Source: Octopus sinensis
Taxonomy: Eukaryota
Direction of reading: 5' to 3'
Assembly (NCBI RefSeq): GCF_006345805.1
Contig: NC_043003.1
Location: 114,824,001 to 114,888,000, forward strand
DNA: 64,000 nucleotides
How positions within the stretch are numbered: position 1 is the first letter of the stretch; each line of letters starts with the position of its first letter. The notes below the pieces were generated by a model. The model was given only the letters and a program-made list of their open reading frames with translations, had not been told where the DNA came from and did no database searches. This document shows, in pieces, positions 12,335-26,103 of the stretch. A program made the translations under genes and the position numbers.

Positions 12335-12676
12335 AGCAATGGAGTAGATAAGACCCGGGCTACATATGTTTCATAGCCAGCTGAACTGCAGAAGTGGTAA
12401 ATATCCAAGCGAGGTGTATACCGCAGGATACCCACCAAGCCAAGGGTACCTTCATTGAATGGATATTCTCTATACATACTATGCTCTCAACATATTCTGA
12501 TCGATTCTTCCATGTGTTAACAAGTAACTTCTTGCAACAATGTAAACGCTCATTCAATTAAGATACCTTTGGCCTGAAGAGTAGCCTGCATTTTACACCT
12601 TGCTTGGATATTTACCACTTCTGAGGTTCGCTCGCTTTGAGACATATGCAACCCGGATCTTATCTACTCCATTCCT
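12335..12676. mobile_element. MITE-like element with ~85 bp imperfect TIRs
   Basis: 12335-12420 is an imperfect reverse complement of 12591-12676; flanked by TA on both sides. Confidence 0.7.
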
Positions 12677-13094
12677 TATTGCTTTGTTATCACTTTACAA
12701 AATGCCTTAGGTAGAGGATATCTGTCATAGAATATGGCTTGTTCCAAACAGGCAAGATTTTTTATGCATTCGCAAACAAATTTTGATATCCGATAATTCC
12801 AGGTTGTATGGCAAATTTTGTTGTTTGAACTGAATATAAAATCCTGAACATAAATAGTACCCCTTCACTTCTGCTGCTCAATATCTCTATAACCTTTGTA
12901 CGGATACATTTCATTCAGCATATTTAGAGATTTTTTCCTCTATGGTTATTGTTGCTTTATGGTTATGTAAGCAGAAGGTTATGGTTGCCTTTGCGCATTT
13001 CATGACCTCCTTCTGTTCAATACGAAAGAGTTTGTATTGCGCGTAGATGGATGTTTTGTGGGAAAAAAATTGTTGTTAGTAGCTTCCATAATAT

Positions 13095-13498
13095 ATTCTT
13101 TTGTACTCTAGGCACAAGGCCCAAAATATTTGGTGAGGGGGCCAGTCGATTAGATCCACCCCAGTATGCAACTGGTACTTAATTTATCGACTCCCGAAAG
13201 GATGAAAGGCAAAGTCGACCTCGGCGGAATTTGAACACAGAACGTAGCGGCAGACGAAATACCTATTCCTTTACTACCCACAAGGGAAGGGGCTAAGCAC
13301 AGAAGGAACAGACAAGGACTGACAAACAGATTAAGTCGGTTACATCGGCCCCAGTGCGTAACTGGTACTTATTTAATCGACCCTGAAAGGATGAAAGGCG
13401 AAGTCGACCTCGGCGAAATTTGAACTCAGAACGTAGCGGCAGACGAAATACAGCTAAGCATTTCGCTCGGCGTGCTAACGTTTCTGCCAGCTCGCCTC
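13095..13498 (-). mobile_element. Dimeric tRNA-derived SINE, family C (Nin/Deu-like central domain)
   Basis: Two tandem monomers with GAGGTCGACTT(T/C)GCCTTTCATCCTTTC...AAGTACCAG, resembling the Nin/Deu SINE domain; B-box-like GAGTTCAAAT. Confidence 0.85.
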
Positions 13499-13739
13499 TT
13501 CCATAATACATTGAGATAGATCTTTCGCTATAAAACTTCTTCGCTTCCGTACGATAATCTTTGGTGCGTTTCTTTCTATTCCGTTTAATGATTTTCAATT
13601 TGGTCGAGTAAGCATTTCAGATGTTTTCTCATCCTAAATTCCCTTCAGGGCCAAGTGTCTATCCAGTTTCATAACATTATCTTCTACTTGACAATTTCCC
13701 TAATTATAGTGATTGGTTTTTATTACTCTGCTTAGCCTT

Positions 13740-13990
13740 GTTCAATATTGAGAGATCTAGACTTTTGCGGGACGACACCGCATGTCTGCCGTTCGTTCCT
13801 CGTCGTAAGTTTCGTATCCACCGAAATTGGGTATGATATCCTGTGGTTTGGAAGCTCTAGCCTCGTTATTGGCCACCACAACTATACCTACCGACGAGAG
13901 TATGTTGAGCAGGTATCCTTCCTTCCTTGCATTCATACTGCCTATTCTGGGTATAATCATATTCCTATGTCGTCAGAGGAAGATGTTTTA
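13740..13990 (-). mobile_element. Tx1/L1-like AP-endonuclease N-terminal fragment
   Basis: IPRIGSMNARKEGYLLNILSSVGIVVVANNEAR resembles the APE start motif (xNxRG...DVVAxxET). Confidence 0.5.
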
Positions 13991-14116
13991 GCACATTTAA
14001 AGTGAGAATTCTAATTGAAAAGAAAACGAAGAAAATCTTAAATATTCTAAACAGGGACGAACTACTCCCGATGCCATATTACAACCATGTGGCGGCCGCA
14101 ATACATTCACTTTTCT

Positions 14117-14540
14117 CTCTTTTACTCTTTTACTTGCTTCAGTCATTTGACTGCGGCCATGCTGGAGCACCGCCTTTAGTCGAGCAAATCGACCCCGGGA
14201 CTTATTCTTTGTAAGCCCAGTACTTATTCGATCGGTCTCTTTTTGCCGAACCGCTAAGTGACGGGGACGTAAACACACCAGCATCGGTTGTCAAGCGATG
14301 GTGGGGGGGGGACAAACACAGACACACAAACATATACACACACATACATATATATATACATATATATCCATATATACGACAGGCTTCTTTCAGTTTCCGT
14401 CTACCAAATTCACTCACAAGGCATTGGTCGGCCCGAGGCTATAGCAGAAGACACTTGCCCAAGATGTCACGCAGTGGGACTGAACCCGGAACCATGTGGT
14501 TGGTTAGCAAGCTACTTACTATACAGCCACTCCTGCACCT
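14117..14540 (-). mobile_element. tRNA-derived CORE-like SINE, family B
   Basis: Head AGGTGCAGGAGTGGCTGT...GGTTCAGTCCC, CORE-like CTTGGGCAAGTGTCTTC, internal (TA)/(TG) tract, (GTAAAAGA)n tail; several copies in the window. Confidence 0.92.
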
Positions 14541-15028
14541 ATTTCTGTTCAATTTTGGTAGAAACGAGGAGCTAATTTTCTAATGGCTCTCCTCCCTCGA
14601 GTTAAGATTGATAAGAGCCATTCTTTCTTCAATATATATGCACCATTCTGAAACATTGAAGAACGTTCAACGACGCCAACAAATCTATGAAGATGCTAGT
14701 TGGCTTAATAATAAAATGCGACAACGAAGAAGAAAATAAATTTCTTAAAAAAGAGTGCAAGAATTTACGAGATATTTATGTGTGAAATAGGAAGACGCGA
14801 CACATAAATATAATTGTTTCTGAGTTTGGCAGGTCAGCAATTTTGAGGTGATAAGTCGATTACATCTGACCGCTTAGTTGATTATACTTTCTTTAATCGG
14901 CCCCGATTTAAGAAGAATGAAAGGCAAAGTTAATCCCGACGGAATCTGAGCTCACAACGTTAAGACCCACATGAAATGCGACTATGCAATTTCTCCGACG
15001 TTCTAACTATTCTACAAGCTCATCACCT

Positions 15029-15093
15029 TTATGATGATGATGATGATGAAGTTAACGATAATAATAATAATAATAATAATGATAATAATAATG

Positions 15094-15158
<65 letters not shown>

Positions 15159-15189
15159 TAATAATAATATAATGATAATAATAATAATA

Positions 15190-15245
<56 letters not shown>

Positions 15246-15255
15246 TTAATAATAA
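15029..15255. repeat. (AAT)n microsatellite
   Basis: Directly visible. Confidence 0.97.
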
Positions 15256-16459
15256 TGGTGGTTTCAGTTTTGGCGCAAGTACTAAAAATACTTATAAACA
15301 AGTGACTATTAATATTTGAGCATTTCGTTTCAACGAGTATAAAAATTGGTACTTGTACGGCTGACATATGAATTTGTGAGGTGACATTTCATTAAATACT
15401 TCGCATCTTTTTCTTCAAGCAACAAAAATATTGACAAAGACAGTTTTTATCAGCAGGAGACGCAGCTTAATAATCCATGGGTTTGTGGTTTTAATACTTT
15501 CAAGAGAAATATGGAAAGAAATGTGATTATCTGTTGATTCGAGTGTGAGACAGACATAAAGACACACACACAAACGCACACAAACACACACACACAGACA
15601 CACACACACACACACACAGACACACACACACACACAAACTTCGTTCTCGTGGAGGGAATTCCTGCAAAATAGAACTAAATGAAGAAACTTACCCAAGGTG
15701 TTACGGTGTCGGACCGAACCCTAAAGTAGATGGTGGAGGGGCTACTCAAACACACGCTTGCATGTTCATACGCATAGAGCCAAACTCGCAAACACTCACG
15801 CACACAAACACACACACACACAAACATACACACACACATTCGTACTGTTGTTTTCTAAGTAGATTTCTCTTGGTGTTTATGTAATCAAATAAGCTTAACT
15901 GATACTCATCCGTATATATATATATTTATATGTAAGTATGTGTATATATATATATATACACATACAGACACACACAAACACACGCAAACATACAGACACA
16001 CACACACATATATATACATGTATATATATGTATATATATATATATATTATATATATATATACATATTCTATTAAATGATATTTATACATATATATTCATA
16101 CATGTCTGTCTATGTGTATGATATGAATTTATCTTGAAACATGAACAACAAACAAAAAAAAAAAAAAAAAAAAAACAAGAAACAAACACAAACCAAGAGA
16201 GATATAAACATTGTATTCTATTTCATTATTTATTAATTTTATGGTATTGTGTTTGTTTCTTGAAAATATTAAAACGAGACACTTATAGATTATTAAATTC
16301 TGTGCACTCTAGATAAAAACAGTTGGTGTCGGTCGATATTGTTGTCGTGAAAGTAGGAGGTTGGCTAATGTTGTACGAAATGTCATCTCCGAAATAATAT
16401 GTCAGCCGTACAAATGCCACTTGTCATCATATTCGTTGAAACGGAATGCTCAAATATTA

Positions 16460-16499
16460 TTTATATATATATACATGTGTGTGTGTGTGTATATATATT

Positions 16500-16530
<31 letters not shown>

Positions 16531-16543
16531 ATATGTATATATA

Positions 16544-16621
<78 letters not shown>

Positions 16622-16655
16622 CATGTATCTATACATAAATAAAATACATACACAA

Positions 16656-16692
<37 letters not shown>

Positions 16693-16730
16693 ATATATAT
16701 ATATATAAATACATATATATGTATATATAT

Positions 16731-16774
<44 letters not shown>

Positions 16775-16844
16775 TATATATATATATATTATATATATAT
16801 ACATATACATATACATATACATATATATATACATATATATATAT

Positions 16845-16887
<43 letters not shown>

Positions 16888-16911
16888 CATATATATATAT
16901 ATATATATTTT

Positions 16912-16978
<67 letters not shown>

Positions 16979-17239
16979 TTGTGTATGTATTTTATATATG
17001 TATAGATACATGTATAGTGTCAGCGTTCATTAAGATACACCACCACCAACACCAACACAACCACCACAAGCACTACTACTGCTGCTGCTCTTACTACTAC
17101 AACAACAACAACTACTACTACTGCTGCTGCTGCTGCTACTACTACTACCACTACTACTACTACTCTTAGCGCTGCCGCGGCAATAGTGGCTGCTCTTCTG
17201 CTGATGCTGTAGGTGCTTGATGTTGCAGTTGTCACTGCT

Positions 17240-17270
<31 letters not shown>

Positions 17271-17280
17271 ATGATGATGT
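16460..17280. repeat. (TA)n/(TG)n block followed by mixed trinucleotide repeats
   Basis: Directly visible. Confidence 0.95.
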
Positions 17281-17284
17281 AGAG

Positions 17285-17725
17285 TCTGTGTACCTTCGCC
17301 TTAGGGTGGAGGTCACCACCCAGTGTTGTCTTGCGGGTAGTACGATCGAGTTGATTCATCTCCACATCCTGACATGGACACAAGGAGAGATTGACCAACT
17401 CGATCGCACTACCCGAAACAGAATGACAATGCATGGTGCCACCCACCCCAAGACAAATATGCTCAGGCTCTACATAAAAATAGATAAGGGTAAACGTGGG
17501 CTGATTAGCGTACGGAAGTGAAAAAAAGTAACATGGCAGAATGTTTGGTAAGCAGCAAAGAAGACCTACTACAGTACGCTGCTAGTGCAGAAGGAGTTAA
17601 CAAAAATGGACTTGAAAGTGCTCAAGAATTCTGAACGAGAACAGCCAGCGAGAGCGAAGAAACCCTTCTCCGTATGGAATTACATGGTCAGTTTCACCGT
17701 GAAACAAACAAATTTATCGACCCCG
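17285..17725 (+). mobile_element. R4/Dong-like LINE internal fragment
   Basis: WTQGEIDQLDRTTRNRMTMHGATHPKTNMLRLYIKIDKGKRGLISV, the conserved HPK...RLY...GGRGL motif. Confidence 0.75.
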
Positions 17726-17908
17726 AATAATAATAATAATGAAAATAAGGTGAGAAACTATGTGGGTGGTGTCTATACTTTTATATCGATCCCAGTGCTA
17801 ATCTAGTGCTTGTCATATCTATCTTGAAAGGAAGAAAGGCCAAATCGACTTTGGCGAAATCTGAACTCAGAACATTTTGCCGGAAGAAAGGGCACTAAGC
17901 CATCTTTG

Positions 17909-17982
<74 letters not shown>

Positions 17983-19838
17983 CACCACCACCACCACTAC
18001 TACTACTACTACTACACTACTACTGCTGCTGCTGCTACTGTTGATGATGATGATGAGGAGGGTGATGATGATGATGATGATGACCAATTGTTTGTATTCG
18101 TTAACCGTTTGCCTTATCGCCATTGGTTTTAACTTAAGATATCATGGCTGACTTCACTCCAGTACACACGATAATGCTTACTCTACATTCACTGAGAATT
18201 AGTATTTGTACTATCATTACCAAAATGTCAACAATATCAACAATCATTTCAAGAATGATATTGATGTTTTCTCACGTCGGCACGACTTACCATTCTCTGG
18301 AGAATAGCGCTGCCTCGACACTCTTACTTTCTTTTACATGTCAGACTTGGAAATAATGATGATGGCTTGACCAGTGGGACGGTTTTCTGGACTGAATCAT
18401 TTCAATCTCCTCCACCATGTAATCTATTTCCCCATAAGCACTAGACAAGGGAATACTTCCTGCCCAGCTTGTTAGTGGCAGGGGTTTAGGTAATCCTCAC
18501 ACACAAAAAAAAAAAAATATTTGATCTAATTCTGCAATTCAGCAATGTTTCATCTTTGCAGGAGTGCGTTGAGTAAGGTGTCGTTACGTTGTGCGTATCT
18601 AGGAAAGCACCTGCTGGCCGTTCTTCAGTGCATCTCTAGTTTATCTCTTACCGGTTGTTCCTCTCGATAGTGCTGCCAGTTCAACAATTTCTGGAAACTT
18701 TCCGTATTAATCTCTGAGATGAATGCCCTACGGCACACGCCAGCTACTTCATACTCGTGGACGATAAAAGATTCCCCGAAAGTACCATCACAAGTTTTCC
18801 AGATATTGCTAAATTGGAATATCCATTGATCATATTGCCCATGTAGTACAGTGCGATGTACCCCACAGGACATTCTAAGTACCAGGCACTCTGTAACGGT
18901 TTTTTCTTGACCCAGGACTGCAGCTGCCTCAAAAAGATGAGATGCAGAAAAACGTGTCTTACAATCGGAGACCACATCTGCTCACCGTTCAGAAGAGTAG
19001 GTGACTTTCAGCATCTCACGCTCGATATATCGAGGCCAGCAATTTCGGGGCAGAGTGTAAGTCGAGGACCTCGACACCGGTGCCCAGATTGTACTGATTT
19101 TATCACTTCGATACCTGAGTAGTGGTACATCGTGCACCTCCTCGAATCGACGGAGCGAGTGAGCTACTGTGCGCCACATACATTTGATCCTTCTTAACAA
19201 ATCCTATGTGCCGGTCGTTTGGCAAGAGCTCAACACTCATAAGTTGTCTTCGATATGATCTTTCTTTCTTGGCCTCACTGCCGACCGTCAACATCTCTTG
19301 TGTCCATCTCCTATGTTCCTACCTTTTGGCTTTTACTACTTTCACGCCAGCACAATTTAATTCGTTCTCAGTCGAAAGACGCCTGTTGTTATTTCTTGTT
19401 GTATTCGTAATTATGTACCATGTTCTCCGTTTTTTTATTCTTTCGTCTTTGTTGCCGTACAGATTCGTTAACATTTTTACAAAGGGGTGTAAGGCTCCTA
19501 GCTTAGAAATTTTGGGGGACAACCACATCGAACTATCTCAAGTGTAACTGTCCGAAATGGTCGTGACTTCTGGGACTTGACTGATGAAAGAAAGCCAACA
19601 ATGACTCGTCTTTTTTCGCCTGTCCGTCTTTGTGTCGTCTATCTGTCCGTGATAGGTTAACATGTCTGTACACTGGGTATTCTGTCATCAAAGTCAAGGT
19701 GTGTATGTATGAAAGTTCTAGACAGGGAAATTCAGTTTATGAGGGACAAAATAGAAAAATAAAGAGTAAAAGTAGACAGAAGTATAAAGACAGCAGAATA
19801 TCGGTGTGGGCACACACACATGTCCTTTTCTTCTCATA

Positions 19839-19871
<33 letters not shown>

Positions 19872-20749
19872 GTGTATATATGTGTGTGTGTGTGTGTGTG
19901 TTGTGTGTGTGTACGTATAAGCGCGAGAGGGTATGGCTTAGTGGGTAGGGAGTGGCATTTTCGATCGTGATTTCAGTTCCTAGACAGGTTGGTGCGATGT
20001 GTTCATGAGCAGCGCACTTCCTCTCAGGTCGCTCTGCGATCACTTCGACATCTCACACGTGGAACACACTGCATCTGTTTAGGCAACATCGATTTGTTGG
20101 AGACAGAGGGAGCTGATGTCCAGCTCATACATTTGATCACTATAAAAAAATTCATTTGTGCTGCTCGTTCGGCGAAAGCTGAACCCTCATACGTCGTCTT
20201 CGACGGGAGATTCCATCATGACTGTATATATAAGCGTATATATACATCCGCATATATACACATATGTATATGTGTCAACGTGTACTAGACAACATGAGAT
20301 TTACATAGCCACATTCACGTACGCTCATATAACTGAAAATTCATAAAAAGATATATTGTCAGGGAGTGTCCACGATAGCACTCATGAAATATGGTCGTTA
20401 TGGCATGCAGAATAAATATTTCCAAAGACTGTTCCATTCTCAATTATTCCAGAATAAATCATATAGTTTACCGTCTTGTAGACCTGAAAGTGAGCATCCT
20501 TACTAGCAAAGTTTAAAGGAATCCCCATTTAAATGTATTCGCTTTAAGTTGTGCTACGACCGTAGTGCAGTTCTAATGCGCGGAGCGGAGCGTCAGCAAA
20601 CATGACCATAGTTAGTAATTTGATTATTTTTCAAAATCATCAAGAAACATGTTCTAAGGTATCTATGAAAGTTCAAAATAAATATCTTGAGATTGTTTAT
20701 AATACGTGAAGAAACTGAAATAAAAGCATTTAGCAGTAAGACTGAATCA

Positions 20750-21112
20750 TCTCTCTATATATACATGGCAAAATGTCTGTGTGTGTGTCCTTTATGCAAG
20801 TCCACAATTTTTCAGTTAGAGGACTGGCATTTTCTATGGTCATTCAAAACCGTCCAAGGGTAGTCGTGCACATCTTTACATTTCTCCAGTCATCCGGCAA
20901 AGCCACTAAAAATCAATAGAAGTGACTTTTTTGTGAATTTTCTATCCAAAACCCAATCAAAATGCCCGAAACTTGATACGCCAATTGAATGCCAGCTAGC
21001 TGTATGTGATTGGTCGGAGATTTGGAGAGTACTCGCGTGTATGTGAACTCGCACGCAGCTGTATATGCATGCACTAGCAGTATGACCTCGCGTTGCCGGG
21101 TCATAGTGCTAG
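20750..21112 (+). mobile_element. Non-autonomous Helitron
   Basis: A|TC start, subterminal hairpin TATGACC...GGTCATA, CTAG|T end; homologous to 2537-2862. Confidence 0.88.
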
Positions 21113-21445
21113 TAAAAGATAACAGCGCAATACTTTGTGCTTGTGCAAACTAAGTTTGTTCTTGAGAGACGTATCAGAAGCTCCGGCAGACAGAGATATA
21201 TGATGTATGGCTTCAACTCATCGGTTAGAAATATACTGGCAAAAGGTAAAGTTCCAGAGAATGAACAATCACTGAAACATAATCGACATTGGAAACATCC
21301 CACATTTACGGTTAGGAATTCAATGGTAAAGAAGATCAAGAAAGAGCCAGGCAGCTATTCAGAGCTGTCAAAATAACTTTTTTTTAAATATATGAATTTC
21401 TGCTTCTTTTTCTTTCAAATTGGCACAAGTAAACATTTGCATGAC

Positions 21446-21527
<82 letters not shown>

Positions 21528-21598
21528 ATCTATCTATCTATCTATTTATCTATCTAAATATATAATATACATGATACACACATATACACGTATATACG

Positions 21599-21671
<73 letters not shown>

Positions 21672-21714
21672 CGCACGCATGGTTATCCATACGCATATTA
21701 TATATATATATATG

Positions 21715-21777
<63 letters not shown>

Positions 21778-21797
21778 ATGTATGTTATATATATATG

Positions 21798-21870
<73 letters not shown>
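21446..21870. repeat. (CTAT)n and (TA)n microsatellites
   Basis: Directly visible. Confidence 0.97.
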
Positions 21871-21876
<6 letters not shown>

Positions 21877-22344
21877 TTGGAATCGTTTCCTGCTTGTAGT
21901 ATACCGTTTTTTTTTTATTATGCGGAAGCGTCACTTTGAAGTGTGTTCAGAATTACATTGTGAATATTCTGGTATTTATTGTGTGGCTTCAAAAGGAACA
22001 AGACTTGCGCGGGGATGGGGCACGAACTCTGAATATAAAAGAATTAACAATCACCACGATTTATTTAGCCTGACACTTTACCATCCCTGCCCTTTATATT
22101 CGCACAGTTTCACATTCACACGCGTACCCACACACAGGCGCCGCACAAACACACACATATGCTTATACATATATATTTGTGTGTAAGTGTGCCTGTCCAC
22201 ACCAATATATAGATGCATGCATACATACACACCTACCTACCTACATACATACATACATACATACATGCATACATACATACATTCATACATACATTCATAC
22301 ATACATACATACATACATACATACATACATACATACATACATAC

Positions 22345-23430
22345 ATACATACTCAGAAGTATAAAGATAAGCTGGTCATCAGAACTCGCACCTTGCACCA
22401 AGGACATTGGTCCCAACTGCTTTACTGTGCTTCTCCTCACACCTACTTTTGTCCTTCTGAATTGGTTACTACAAGAGCTCTATGAGAGAGATTTTCGACC
22501 TCGTAAGCTACTCATTGTTACAGGAAACTTCAGCATCAACGGAGATGTAGAAGGCTCAAATCTGCATTGATGTCATATGAAACACGTATTGTGACACTGA
22601 AACAACATCTGCAGCAGAGGAAAAAGACCACCAAGTATCTTGCCGAAGGTTATGACTATGAAACCAATAACATAATTAGGATGGCAATGAACTTGAGGAG
22701 AGGTACGCGATAAGAACTGCTACATATCTCTCCCCAAAGTGCGTTGATAAAATCTATTTATTAGAAGAACAGAGTAAAAAATGGAGTAGTTCACTGAAAA
22801 GATAGTACATAGGTACTTGGCGCCTAAAACATAAATCATAGAAGGGATTGATTATATCAAAAGCTTGGCTTGGAGTACCACTTCGAAGGCTACATCCTTG
22901 TTACCCAGGAACAAGATCTACCTACCAGGTACTTACAGCATAAAAGGTAGAAAACGTTAACACAAGAAATATAGGCTGTGCAAAACTGAAGACGTCAACT
23001 GTATCATTGCCAGTTGTGAGAGAATATTTTCCAGATATTATCCTCCCATGAGGCATGATGCGGTTACCAAAACAGTCTGGAACAAGATTACTATAAAGAA
23101 AATTCCTACTGACGAATGTGACCATACAGCAGTCAATGGCTCAAGAGAATATTGGCGGAACTGAGAGACGAATGTGGTTAGAAAAATACAAGAGAAAGAC
23201 GACATGTGTGAACCATTGATGTAGAGATTACGAATTCAGAACCCAAAATACAGTTTCTTTTTTATGCCTATTATTACAGCTGCAAAAGGATACAAGCCAA
23301 CCAGTCTGAAACAAAGTTTGACTGAACTTGGGGGTCTTAGGAAGAGAACACAAATCCTCAATTCATACACTACAAATGATCAAGGTATCTAGGACTGTAA
23401 AAATCTGCAAGACCTTAATATTTTAAGGGT
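22345..23430 (+). mobile_element. Degenerate R4/Dong-like LINE 3' half
   Basis: WSSEL...LTPTFVLLNW...RKLLIVTGNFSINGDVE, later LEGYI...QEQ, a CCHC remnant and RHDAV; many stops. Confidence 0.65.
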
Positions 23431-23667
23431 AATTGTTGAAATAAAATGCTTTCTTTCACAACTTTGCTACTACGAAGCTTTCCGGTCCAAAATTACACTA
23501 AATTTTTAAGAAAAGGTAAACGGACATACATATGTCTATCCATCCATCCATCCATCCATCCATCCATCCATCCATCCATCCATACATACATACATACATA
23601 CATATATACATGCACACACATACATTCACATACACATATATAGATAGATAGATGGATAATAGATGAA

Positions 23668-24065
23668 GGCTGTGTGGAAAGTAGCTTGCTAACCAACCAC
23701 ATGGTTCCGGGTTCAGTCCCACTGCGTGGCACCTTGGGCAAGTGTCTTCTACTATAGCCTCGGGCCGACCAATGCCTTGTGAGTGGATTTGGTAGACGGA
23801 AACTGAAAGAAGCCCGTCGTATATATGTATATATATATATATGCGTGTGTGTGTTTGTGTGTCTGTGTTTGTCCCCCTAACATTGCTTGACAACCGATGC
23901 TGGTGTATTTATGTCCCCGTTTCTTAGCGGTTCGGCAAAAGAGACCGATAGAATAAGTACTGAGCTTACAAAAGAATAAGTCCCGGGGTCGAGTTGCTCG
24001 ATTAAAGGCGGTGCTCCAGCATGGCCGCAGTCAAATGACTGAAACAAGTAAAAGAGTAAAAGAGT
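23668..24065 (+). mobile_element. SINE family B
   Basis: Reverse complement of 14117-14540. Confidence 0.92.
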
Positions 24066-24160
24066 ATGTATAAATGTCTCTGTCATGCAGCTGCGGTCAT
24101 GCTGGAGCACCACATATTAAGTATATATGTATATATAGAAAATATAGATATACTTATGCA

Positions 24161-24365
24161 AGGTGTCAAGCTGGTAGAATCGGTAGCACCCCGAGCAAAA
24201 TGCGTAGCGGCTTTTCGTCCGTGTTTACGTTTTGAGTTCAAATCCCACCGATGTCGACTTAGCCCATCCTTTCGGAGTCGGTAAATAAAGTACCAGTTAA
24301 GCACTGGTATCATTGTAATTGACTCACACCCGCCTCGTAATTGCGTGCCAAAATTTGGAATCAAT
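24161..24365 (+). mobile_element. SINE family C monomer (diverged)
   Basis: GAGTTCAAATCCC B box and CATCCTTTCGGAGTCGGTAAATAAAGTACCAG domain. Confidence 0.8.
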
Positions 24366-24403
24366 ATATATATAATCTATAAACGTATTGTATATACATA
24401 TAT

Positions 24404-24614
24404 TATTCTTTTATTCTTTCACTTGTTTCAGTCATTTGACTGCGGCCAAGCTGGAGCACCGTCTTTAGTCGAACAAATCGACCACAGAACATATTCTTTG
24501 TAAGCCTAGTACTTATTCTGTCGATCTCTTTTCCTGAAACGCTAAGTAACGTAACGTAAACAAACCAACATCGATTGTCAAGTGGTGGCGGGGGACAACA
24601 CGGATGCACAAATT

Positions 24615-24671
<57 letters not shown>

Positions 24672-24887
24672 TTGTGTGTATGTATGTATGTATGTATGTA
24701 TAAATGCATGTGAATCTACATACAACGGGGCTTCTTTCCGTTTCCATCTACCAAATCCACTCACAAGGCTTTGGTCGGCCCGAGGCTATAGTAGAAGGCA
24801 CTTACCGAAGGTGCCACGCAGTGGGATTGAACCCGGAACCATGTGGTTGGGAAGTAAGTTTCTTACTACACACTCACTCCTACGCCT
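24404..24887 (-). mobile_element. SINE family B
   Basis: Collinear with 14117-14540. Confidence 0.9.
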
Positions 24888-24894
24888 ATCTATA

Positions 24895-25107
24895 TCTTTT
24901 ACTTGATTCAGTCATTGCAATGCGGCCATGCTGAGGCACCGCATCGATCAAGTTTTAGTCGAATGAATCAATCCTAGCAGTTTGTTTTTCTAATTCTAGT
25001 ATTTATATTTCCGGTCTCTTTTGACGAACCGCTATTGTTACCGGGATGTAAGCACACTAACACCGGTTGGGAAGTTGTGGTTGGAGACGCAAAAACAAAC
25101 ACGCCCA

Positions 25108-25144
<37 letters not shown>

Positions 25145-25316
25145 GTATATACATACGACGGGCTTCTTTGAGTTTCCGCCAAACAAATTCACTCACAAAT
25201 CTCTGTTCGGCGCGAGGCTACAGTCGAAGAAACTCAAAATGTCACGTAGTGGGACTAATCTTGTAAGGACATGGATGGGAAGCGAGCTCCTGCTTGCCAA
25301 CAAAAAATCCCTGCAA
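24895..25316 (-). mobile_element. SINE family B (old, diverged)
   Basis: Collinear but more substituted copy. Confidence 0.75.
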
Positions 25317-25317
25317 C

Positions 25318-25362
<45 letters not shown>

Positions 25363-25447
25363 TATATATAATATATATATATATAGATATATATATACAT
25401 ACATATATTTATTATATATATATATATTATATATATATAATATATTA

Positions 25448-25484
<37 letters not shown>

Positions 25485-25962
25485 GACACACACACACACA
25501 TATATATATATACACACACTATACATACATATATATATATATGTATATATATCTATATATCTATATATATCTATATATATACATACATATATACATATAT
25601 GTGTATGTATGTGTGTGCTACATATCTATATGCGTGTGTATGACTGTATGTATATATGTATGCATGTATGTATGTATGCATGTATGTATGTATGTATGTA
25701 TGTATGTATGTATGTATGTATGTATGTATGTATGTATGTAGCGTTTCAGTGTATAGATAAATCCCTTTCATGGACACGATAAGACTAATAAAATGAATTA
25801 ATCAAGAAAGTAATATGTGTATAAATAAATATCGAACCCAATCCATTAATATTGCTGCAATAGATAAATGGATGAAGGAAGAGGAAAAATAGAGAAAGGA
25901 GATAACGTAGATAAAAAAAGTGAAAAATATAGGAAATAGGGAAAAGCAAAAGCAAACATTAC

Positions 25963-26103
25963 CAGCAGCCCCGGCAGCATCATGATGGACTTAGCCATCG
26001 CCCACATATTCATAACAACAGCAACAACAACAATATCTACAACTCTCATTCTGGTAAGAGAGCACTCTCCGAATACTAGAATTAATAATTTTACTGCCCC
26101 CAT
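25963..26103 (-). CDS. Candidate first coding exon of an unidentified host gene (47 codons, hydrophobic, signal-peptide-like)
   Basis: Unique sequence; aacATGG context at 26103; MGAVKLLILVFGECSLTRMRVVDIVVVAVVMNMWAMAKSIMMLPGLL ends at CTG|GTAATG; (CT)n-rich leader upstream. No homology recognised. Confidence 0.3.
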
